This document shows positions 25,496 to 32,000 of a stretch of 32,000 nucleotides of DNA, piece after piece. The position numbers and the translations under genes are program-made. How positions within the stretch are numbered: the first letter of the stretch is position 1; each line of letters starts with the position of its first letter. The stretch is from Candidatus Kuenenia stuttgartensis. Lineage in GTDB: Bacteria > Planctomycetota > Brocadiia > Brocadiales > Brocadiaceae. The stretch covers positions 1 through 32,000 of the forward strand of contig NZ_LT934425.1 of the NCBI RefSeq assembly GCF_900232105.1. The letters run 5' to 3'. The notes beneath the pieces were generated by a model. It saw only the letters and a program-made list of their open reading frames with translations, did not search any database and had not been told where the DNA came from.

Positions 25496-25536
25496 ATGTA
25501 CAAAAGGATTTTCTTGTCTCGAAAGGAAAAGACTCT

Positions 25537-26226
25537 ATGGAACAGGGAAAAATTGATTTAAAAAAAGAACAGCAGTCGTCCTTGACTCGGACGCGGTATA
25601 AGTATTCATTGGCGGCGAAATGTTTTTTTGTCACGATGGATTGGATTACAGGGAAAAAAGTGACTCTGGCAAAAACAAAGCTCATTGAAATTCTGGCAAG
25701 CATTCCTTACCGGGCATGGGAAGTTCGCCAATATGGGCGGTTGACGTGCTTCTTTCGAAAAAAAGAAGTTGTGGAAGAAGCCCTGAAAATTATGGCATGG
25801 GGGCGGGAAGCCCAGGACAATGAATATTGGCATTTGCGTGTTATTCATGAAAAAATGAAAGAAGACGGCGTTAAAGAACCGTGGTATTTCTTTCCACTGA
25901 TACCCTTCGTGATGGTCATTTCCTATGTGTTGATTACGCGGTTCATGGCGTTGGTAAATATCCGCCGGGCATTTCTTTTTAACGCAGAGTTTGAAGACCA
26001 CGCCGAACATGTTTATGCTCAGTTTGTCGCAGAGAATCCTCAATGGGAGGATCAGCCTGTTCATAATGAGCTGGTTAAACAATATGGGGATCTTAACACT
26101 TGGGCGGATGTGTTCCGGCGCATCGGTTTGGATGAACGCGATCACATGAATGATAGTTTCGTTTTTTGCGGCAAACGTGAGTGTATTGTCAAGTACGACG
26201 GAATGCCTGTTAGAGTGTATGAATGA
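25537..26226 (+). CDS. Alternative-oxidase/PTOX-like di-iron carboxylate protein
   Basis: 229 aa. It has four iron-ligand motifs in the AOX order: LIEILASIPY (E), EAQDNEYWHL (ExxH), FNAEFEDHAEH (E...H) and LDERDHMNDS (ExxH). A hydrophobic segment lies between them. Confidence 0.7.
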   Translation: MEQGKIDLKKEQQSSLTRTRYKYSLAAKCFFVTMDWITGKKVTLAKTKLIEILASIPYRAWEVRQYGRLTCFFRKKEVVEEALKIMAWGREAQDNEYWHLRVIHEKMKEDGVKEPWYFFPLIPFVMVISYVLITRFMALVNIRRAFLFNAEFEDHAEHVYAQFVAENPQWEDQPVHNELVKQYGDLNTWADVFRRIGLDERDHMNDSFVFCGKRECIVKYDGMPVRVYE

Positions 26227-26234
26227 ATATGAGG

Positions 26235-26683
26235 TCACACCTTAATTAGTGATTTAATCTTTGTTATTCTCTTATTAATTTTATCATCTTTCGGAATCCT
26301 TGATCTCATAATAGTTACTTGCCGACTTATTGATGAATAATCAATACTAAACAAGTTACCAATTTCCTGGTTATCATACCAACCTATGTTCCATAAAAGA
26401 TAGATTAATAAATCACGATTTAGTTTATTTTGAATCACTTATCCATGTGCATGCTTTTAGAAATATTGGGTTTATTGGTTTTGGGTAGCAAGTGATAATG
26501 ATTATCCATAAGAACGTAGGCGTAAACCACAACTTCAACCTCAAACCTGTCCGACATATTTCCTAAAGTTTACAGAAACAAAACGTGATCACCATTATTC
26601 CGAAAAATATCTCTTCGCTCATTGCCGCGCGATAAGTTGTGATAATAAACGCCTTTAAATTCTGTACGTCATTGTCTTGTCAT
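26235..26683 (-). pseudogene. Decayed IS200/RAYT-type Y1 (HUH) transposase with a DnaA-C-like HTH tail
   Basis: Minus-strand fragments read as follows. First, MTRQ-TGA-RTEFKGVYYHNLSRGNERRDIFRNNGDHVLFL-stop. Then, after a frameshift, MSDRFEVEVVVYAYVLMDNHYHLLPKTNKPNISKSMH, which contains the HUH motif HYH. Then the 67-aa ORF RDLLIYLLWNIGWYDNQEIGNLFSIDYSSISRQVTIMRSRIPKDDKINKRITKIKSLI, which is a DnaA_C-like HTH. The catalytic-Tyr region is missing. Confidence 0.7.
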
Positions 26684-26859
26684 CAAAGACAAGGTTGCAG
26701 ACACTATCTTTTATTGTCAAGTATTTAATCACTAATCAAGGTTTGATCCTCATTTCCTCGTCTGCTCTAATTTCTCTTTCCCTTGATGTTCAGTAGGGCT
26801 GATAAACTAAAAAAACTTGTAATTTTCTTTAGTTTTCGCTAAACTGACCCCCCAAATAG

Positions 26860-26880
26860 AAAAAAATAATTTCCTATCAT
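26860..26880 (+). promoter_or_regulatory. Promoter-like box AAAAAAATAATTTCCTATCAT upstream of the hemerythrin-like gene
   Basis: Same box as 25413-25433. TATCAT ends 25 nt before the ATG, and the AAGGAGG Shine-Dalgarno sequence is at 26893-26899. Confidence 0.4.
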
Positions 26881-26905
26881 CTGATGCAAACTAAGGAGGC
26901 TGAAT

Positions 26906-27421
26906 ATGTCAGACCAGAGACCCACCGATGAATTACGCGAGGAACATGCGCATGTACTCAAGAAATTAGACGCACTGGAAAGAATCGTTACTCACCCTGA
27001 CAAACGGCCGGAAACGACTGCAGAACTGAGAACGCTGGCCACCTTTTTCCAGACGGAATTCTGGGTACATTTTACCAAGGAGGAAGAGGCTTTATTCCCG
27101 GAAATGGGCAAGTACACCCTCGTAGGTAAGGGACCTCTTGGCATCATGCTGCGCGAGCATGTTGAGCTTCGTGCAAGTAATGAACTTTGGCAGGCGGCGG
27201 TTGCCGGTTATCTGTCCAACACTGATGGCTCTGAGTTTATTGCGCCGATGAAAGGGAATGCTACTCACTTTGCCTGGATGCTGCGTGACCACATCAACAA
27301 AGAAGACAACTCGCTGTTTGTCATGGCCGAGCAATGGCTAAAACCAATCGAAAAACAGAATGTCGCCCGACTATTCATTGAAATTGAGGCTAAAGAAAGT
27401 GCGGCTGTGAAACAGACATAA
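26906..27421 (+). CDS. Hemerythrin-like (HHE cation-binding) domain protein
   Basis: 171 aa. LREEHAHVLKKLD, VHFTKEEEALFPEM, MLREHVELR and LRDHINKEDNSLF give the H/HxxxE/HxxxH-type ligand pattern of PF01814-type proteins. The Shine-Dalgarno sequence is strong. Confidence 0.85.
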   Translation: MSDQRPTDELREEHAHVLKKLDALERIVTHPDKRPETTAELRTLATFFQTEFWVHFTKEEEALFPEMGKYTLVGKGPLGIMLREHVELRASNELWQAAVAGYLSNTDGSEFIAPMKGNATHFAWMLRDHINKEDNSLFVMAEQWLKPIEKQNVARLFIEIEAKESAAVKQT

Positions 27422-27452
27422 TGTGTTTTAAGAATACTTCAACCTCCCGACA

Positions 27453-27749
27453 TTAGTCATTGGTCATTTGGTTACACGACAGACAGTAATATCTACCGAA
27501 AGCAAAACATGCTCTGCGCGTTCTTCTATACATAATCAATAGTTCCTTAATATCGGCTTCTGAAATTCCATATTTGCCTTTTATACGCGGACGGGTGAGT
27601 ACTTCTGCAATTTCTTCCAGTATCGGTTCTGAAATAACCACGTGGAGTGTGTCTTCTTCAAAACAATTTTCTTAATCTGGCGGGAATCCGTAAGGGTTTA
27701 ATAGAGAGGAAATCCAGATATTGGTGTCAATAACAACCTTAATGGACAC
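27453..27749 (-). pseudogene. PIN-domain toxin, frameshifted and truncated
   Basis: The minus strand from the GTG at 27749 reads SIKVVIDTNIWISSLLNPYGFP, then a frameshift or stop, then HVVISEPILEEIAEVLTRPRIKGKYGISEADIKELL. A further frame gives IEERAEHVLLSVDITVCR and then ends. This matches the PIN-family pattern (vvlDTNv..S.l...g, il.Ey..vL.Rpk, RD) but is interrupted. Confidence 0.6.
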
Positions 27750-27905
27750 TTTTCTTTTGTCTCACTTCTTTTATGGAGTGGGCAATATCAGATTCAATTT
27801 CATTATGAGTATATCGTGCAGATTTTTCATGTATTTTCTCGATAATGCAACGAAAACGTCTCTGCCAGTCATCAAGAGAAATAATTTTTATCGTTACCTT
27901 TTCAT
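27739..27905 (-). pseudogene. Putative cognate antitoxin, frameshifted in an A-run after the ATG
   Basis: ATGAAAAGGTAA is followed, one frame over, by an open frame VTIKIISLDDWQRRFRCIIEKIHEKSARYTHNEIESDIAHSIKEVRQKKSVH that ends 11 nt inside the PIN start. One extra A would restore MKKVTIK... Confidence 0.4.
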
Positions 27906-27995
27906 GCTATTTTACTGCAACATCTTGAAACGGTTATGCATTTTGAAAAACGAGCATTAAAAACAAAAAGTTGATGGATAATAGTACGGAACGGA

Positions 27996-28181
27996 ATGAG
28001 TATACCGGAAAAAATACTTTTTATAGAAGACCTATAGGATAGCGTATCTTCTATGGATTCGGAGGTGCCTGTTCCAGAGAGCCACAGGGAGGAATTAGAC
28101 GCCCGGCTGTCAAAAGATTATTCTCCCGAAGATTTGTTAAGTATCGAGGAATTACAAAATCGTATTGAGAAGAGGAAATGA
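27996..28181 (+). pseudogene. Addiction-module antitoxin (TIGR02574-like) with an in-frame TAG
   Basis: Reads MSIPEKILFIEDL-TAG(28035-28037)-DSVSSMDSEVPVPESHREELDARLSKDYSPEDLLSIEELQNRIEKRK. The stop overlaps the downstream ATG (ATGA). Confidence 0.55.
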
Positions 28182-28423
28182 TATATTCTTTGTTGTTTCT
28201 TTCTGAATTAAAAGAAAATTCCGTAAATGGCTATTTTTGGTATGAAGAGAAATGAATAGGGCTTGGTGAAGATTTTCTTCGCGTTTTTTATGCCCTTTCG
28301 GAAGAAATCAGACGAAATCCGTTAGTCTATAAGACAGTATATAAAGATTTCAGACGTTGTTTACTTAAACGTTTTCCTTATGCGATTTATTATAGAGTCG
28401 ATAAAGCGGAAATTATTGTATAG
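28178..28423 (+). pseudogene. ParE/RelE-family toxin with an in-frame TGA
   Basis: Reads MIYSLLFLSELKENSVNGYFWYEEK-TGA(28253-28255)-IGLGEDFLRVFYALSEEIRRNPLVYKTVYKDFRRCLLKRFPYAIYYRVDKAEIIV-stop. This is the typical ParE/RelE pattern (wYe....glg..F, i..nP, R....FPY.iyY.v). Confidence 0.6.
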
Positions 28424-28586
28424 GGTTTATCCTCCTTTCTGGCAAGATGCTCAATATTATACCTGTTTCATATATTTTGATGCCATACACGTTCCGCATG
28501 CAGTGTGGCTGGAAATTTGGCGGGGAAGCAAGGCTAAAAATATTGCCCGGCATTTAAGCATAAAAAGCGATAAATAAACGGCACGA

Positions 28587-31500
28587 TCAGCTTTGCGTAT
28601 TCTCCGTCTTTTCCATTCTTATGGCGAACATGAGAATGGCGGGAATGATGAAGATGGTAAAAATTGTCGAAAATGCCAGCCCTCCAAGCATTACACTCCC
28701 CAATCCCCTGTATAATTCGGAACCAGGACCAGGCGCGATGACTAGGGGAAGCATGCCGAATATACTGGTAAATGCGCTCATAAATATCGGCCTTAACCTT
28801 GTCCTCGTTGACTCAATTACGGCGTCATGATGGTTCATCCCCTGGAATCGAACATTATTCAGTGCCTGATATACAATGAGAATAGCGTTATTAACAACAA
28901 CACCGATAAGAATTACAAAGCCGAGCATGGTCAAAATGTCAAAAGGCTGCAAGGCAATACATATATTGACCAATCTTAGCCCGATAAAACCTCCTGCAGC
29001 GGCAAGAGGAATGGTAAACATGATAATTAAGGGGTAGATAAAATTCCCGAACAAGGCGGACATTAATAAATACGTAATAACAACTGCAAGGGCAAAATTC
29101 CATTGCAGCGCTTTTCTTGTTGTGGTGAGTTTATCCGCTGCACCAGACAATCTTATGGTTACCCCCTGAAGCATGTCCTGTTCTTTTAGTGTTTGCAAAA
29201 CCGTCCCGTCAATGATCTCCATTGCTTCCTGCAGGGGGATCGTTTCGGGAGGGGTCACCTGGAGTGTTATTGTACGATCCCTTTCCAGGTGCCGGATTTG
29301 AGTAATGCCGGTTGTTCGCTGAAGCTGAGAGAGGGAATATACCGGTACTACAGATCTATTGGGAAGAGAAATAAGTGAGTTATATAATATTTCAGGCGTA
29401 TGAATAGTTTCATCAGACGCCTTAACGATAAGGTCGATTTTTTTTTGCCCTTCTTGTTTATAATATCCGATCTTCCTTCCATCCATTAGTATGTCAAGGG
29501 CAATGCCAAGTTCATAAGTATTCATCCCCGCAGCCATGAGGCGATCTCTTGATGGCACTATTTTTAACTCTGGAAAAAGGATCTCTAGTGAGGGTATCGG
29601 CCTGATCTGGGCGTCGGGAAGTTCTTTCTTTATCATTCCGAACATGGTTCCTGACACTTGTACAATTTGATGAATATCGCTGCCGCTAATATCCACTTCG
29701 ATGGTACGCCCTTCCCCAATACCTGTTTCAAAAATGCCTGCCTGCATGCTTACTCCGTACATCCCGGGAATGGATTGGATTGTTTGCATAAACAAAGGCA
29801 CCAGTTCTCCGGCGCGTTCTTCATGCATGCATTTTGCGCCAAAAACCATCCTTGTGTCCGCCCCGATATAAAACACATCACTTATTCCTGGGAATCCGTT
29901 ATGATCTTTCTGCATGTAAGGACCAAGCTGATTGGCTATGTGCCTGCCAATGTCCATTCTTTCTTTGTAAGAGAGGCCTGGAGGAGGTACGAGTATGCTC
30001 ATAACAAGATTCCTGTTTCCCTGTGGAAGATACTCCATCTTTGGCAATAAGAGTATTGTCGCAATAAAGGAAAACGCGGTAAGAATTAAAATAGTTGCTA
30101 TTCTGGTTTTCCCCTCCTTAATTGCGAATGCCACTAAAGCCATGATTATTTTCTGAAAAAATGCACCTGCTTTCAGAAGCACACCAGGCCCGGCGAATGA
30201 TTTTGTTTTTACTTTTAACCTTCGGAACAGTTGTTCCGAAAACATGGGGATCACAAAAACAGAAACGAAGAAACTTAATCCTACGGCGCATGTTACCGCA
30301 ATTGCAATATCTCTGAAGAGCTGGCCAGCTTCTTCCTGCACAAACACTATGGGAAGAAATACCGCAATTGTTGTGAGCGTAGAGGCGAGTATTGCTCCCC
30401 ATACTTCTTTCGTTCCTTCATATGCGGCAAGAAAAGCGGTCTTCCCCGATTTTCTGTGACGATCAATATTTTCCAGCACCACGATAGCGTTATCTACAAG
30501 CATCCCGACCGCAAAAGAAATTCCGGCAAGGCTTATAACATTAAGATTTCTTCCAAATGCCTTCAAGAACAAAAACGTGCCAAAAATGCTTATGGGAATA
30601 GAAGTGGCGATTATTACGGTGGAAGAAACATTTCTCAGGAAAAGCAGCAATACTGCTATTGCGAGAAAGCCACCAATAAGGATATTATTTTTCACAAGCC
30701 GGATTGCCCCGTTAATATAAGGCCTCTGATCGTATACCCATTTCAGATAAACCTTTTCTTCGGCAAGTTTTTCTTTATTCAACCAATCCACTACTTCATA
30801 AATGGTATTAGTAAGTTCAAGTACGTTTACGCCCGATTCCGGTTTTACGCCAATAGCAATGGCTTCTTCACCATTATGGAGCATTACATTGCTTAGTTTT
30901 TCATAACCAAAACTGACTTTTGCCAAATCCGAAAGTACGATTCGCTGCTGGCCATCGGATTTTATTATTATATTTTCAATTTCTTTCGCCGAATTAAATT
31001 CCCCAATCGTTCTTATCCGGTAATCCCTTCTTTCAATGCCCATAATACCTGAAGAGATATTCACGTTTTCCGCTTTTAAGAGAGAAACAAGTTCCGTTAT
31101 TGTTACACCGTATGCAGCCATTTTTTGGGGATTGATAATGATATGCATCTCTTTGTCAGTCCCGCCATGAATCGCAAGATCTGCAACCCCCTTTACCCGG
31201 TCAAGATATTGTCTGACCTCGTCTTCAAAATATGTCCTGTAGGAATAAATCGAGCGGGGATTGTCTTCCGTTGCATGCAAAATAATCCATATAACGGGTG
31301 ATGCCGCACTTCCCGTGGGATTGATTATTGGTTTATCAACATTTTCAGGATATTCAGGCACTTCGTTGAGTTTGTTGGAGACCCGCAACAATGCATCGTC
31401 AATTCTAGTTTCAATTGTGAATTTTAGTGTAATTGAACCCATACCGTCAAACGACTCGCTCTCCATTTCTACAAGTCCGGGTATGCCTTTTAAAACCTTT

Positions 31501-31703
31501 TCCTGTTCTTCGATTATTTCACGTTCAATGTTGTATGGAGTAGCTCCCACCCACGTAGTAGTAACCGTAATTTCGGGTTCGGTAATGGTGGGACTTAACT
31601 GGTATGTCATTGTGAGAAGGCTGATTACCCCGAAAAGCACAACAAAGATAATCCCAACGATAATAGTAACCGGTTTTTCAATGGAAAATCTGATGCTGTC
31701 CAA
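28587..31703 (-). CDS. RND efflux transporter permease (AcrB/HAE family)
   Basis: 1038 aa with 12-TM RND architecture. The N-terminus FSIEKPVTIIVGIIFVVLFG, the conserved AGISFAVGMLVDNAIVVLENI and LGFVILIGVVVNNAILIV motifs, and two large periplasmic loops are present. The start is a TTG 4 nt after the adaptor stop. Confidence 0.95.
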   Translation of the reverse strand: MDSIRFSIEKPVTIIVGIIFVVLFGVISLLTMTYQLSPTITEPEITVTTTWVGATPYNIEREIIEEQEKVLKGIPGLVEMESESFDGMGSITLKFTIETRIDDALLRVSNKLNEVPEYPENVDKPIINPTGSAASPVIWIILHATEDNPRSIYSYRTYFEDEVRQYLDRVKGVADLAIHGGTDKEMHIIINPQKMAAYGVTITELVSLLKAENVNISSGIMGIERRDYRIRTIGEFNSAKEIENIIIKSDGQQRIVLSDLAKVSFGYEKLSNVMLHNGEEAIAIGVKPESGVNVLELTNTIYEVVDWLNKEKLAEEKVYLKWVYDQRPYINGAIRLVKNNILIGGFLAIAVLLLFLRNVSSTVIIATSIPISIFGTFLFLKAFGRNLNVISLAGISFAVGMLVDNAIVVLENIDRHRKSGKTAFLAAYEGTKEVWGAILASTLTTIAVFLPIVFVQEEAGQLFRDIAIAVTCAVGLSFFVSVFVIPMFSEQLFRRLKVKTKSFAGPGVLLKAGAFFQKIIMALVAFAIKEGKTRIATILILTAFSFIATILLLPKMEYLPQGNRNLVMSILVPPPGLSYKERMDIGRHIANQLGPYMQKDHNGFPGISDVFYIGADTRMVFGAKCMHEERAGELVPLFMQTIQSIPGMYGVSMQAGIFETGIGEGRTIEVDISGSDIHQIVQVSGTMFGMIKKELPDAQIRPIPSLEILFPELKIVPSRDRLMAAGMNTYELGIALDILMDGRKIGYYKQEGQKKIDLIVKASDETIHTPEILYNSLISLPNRSVVPVYSLSQLQRTTGITQIRHLERDRTITLQVTPPETIPLQEAMEIIDGTVLQTLKEQDMLQGVTIRLSGAADKLTTTRKALQWNFALAVVITYLLMSALFGNFIYPLIIMFTIPLAAAGGFIGLRLVNICIALQPFDILTMLGFVILIGVVVNNAILIVYQALNNVRFQGMNHHDAVIESTRTRLRPIFMSAFTSIFGMLPLVIAPGPGSELYRGLGSVMLGGLAFSTIFTIFIIPAILMFAIRMEKTENTQS

Positions 31704-31707
31704 AAGA

Positions 31708-32000
31708 TTATATCCCCTCTCTCTTTACATTTATTCTCTGGCCGTCACGAAGCCGTTCATTTCCCTTTATTACCACCTCTGTTCCTTCCATAAGGCCAAC
31801 TCCTTCAATGCCAGCCTTTGTTTCACTGTAGTCCAGTACGCGAACAGGCGTCATATATGCTTGTGAGTCCTTTACCGCAAAAACCACCGTGTTTCCGAAA
31901 AAGTTGATTATTGCATCCCTGTCCACCAGAAGAGATTTCGTTTCTTCTCCGGAGGGCAAAGATACTACAGCCTCCATACCGGACATAAGCGTTTCAGCGT
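31708..32000 (-). CDS. RND efflux periplasmic adaptor (MFP/HlyD family), C-terminal part; the gene continues beyond the window
   Basis: The C-terminal beta-rich tail ...LLVDRDAIINFFGNTVVFAVKDSQAYMTPVRVLDYSETKAGIEGVGLMEGTEVVIKGNERLRDGQRINV sits immediately upstream of the RND permease. The frame is open to the window edge. Confidence 0.85.
   Translation of the reverse strand, partial: AETLMSGMEAVVSLPSGEETKSLLVDRDAIINFFGNTVVFAVKDSQAYMTPVRVLDYSETKAGIEGVGLMEGTEVVIKGNERLRDGQRINVKREGI

Noticed and set aside
25606-26238. A 210-aa minus-strand ORF antisense to the AOX-like gene
   Set aside because: The plus-strand frame carries the ordered E / ExxH / E / ExxH di-iron motifs and a Shine-Dalgarno-like sequence. 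The antisense translation is low-complexity, with no motif.
28380-28577. A 65-aa ORF downstream of the ParE/RelE-like pseudogene
   Set aside because: It starts inside the toxin pseudogene in a different frame. It most likely contains the displaced C-terminal remnant of that toxin (…VYRVYPPFWQDAQ) followed by non-coding read-through, so it is not an independent gene.
31261-31866. A 201-aa plus-strand ORF antisense to the RND permease, plus similar antisense ORFs in other genes (4355-4795, 15583-16065, 17726-18145, 22579-23049, 23118-23543, 30456-30896)
   Set aside because: All lie entirely within, or mostly opposite, genes with strong family signatures. These are the long antisense ORFs to be expected opposite long genes.

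Overview
This is an AT-rich bacterial chromosomal segment. All identifications come from motif reading and by-eye alignment; no database search was possible. I found no rRNA, tRNA or CRISPR array. From left to right the window contains:
- a 1.8-kb ORF-free region filled with repeats;
- panC;
- a four-gene, translationally coupled restriction/defence operon (SPPY methyltransferase, putative DpnII-like endonuclease, DUF262/DUF1524 GmrSD-like nuclease, beta-class DPPF methyltransferase);
- a GT9 heptosyltransferase;
- an IS701/IS4-like insertion sequence;
- a GGDEF diguanylate cyclase, divergent from a 947-aa protein with GDE-like glycosidase motifs;
- an arsenic locus (arsR, then acr3, a DUF4405 gene and a CoADR-rhodanese gene) invaded by a MITE family with TIR GGGWGCATTCCCGATTTTTTGTAAA and 8-9 bp target duplications (three complete copies and one truncated copy);
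- an uncharacterised gene pair (a 539-aa membrane protein and a 456-aa alpha/beta hydrolase) split by one of these MITEs;
- a patch of fragmentary ORFs that looks richer in G+C;
- a 1-kb ORF-free region with twin palindromes around a promoter-like sequence;
- two di-iron protein genes (AOX-like and hemerythrin-like) that share a promoter-like box;
- a cluster of decayed selfish genes (a RAYT/IS200-like transposase, a PIN toxin-antitoxin pair and a ParE/RelE toxin-antitoxin pair);
- an RND efflux permease and a partial adaptor gene running off the right edge.

The strongest leads for something new are the composite R-M plus type-IV-like operon, the MITE and REP-like repeat families and their relation to the ars locus, the structured repeats upstream of panC, and the hydrolase/membrane-protein pair.
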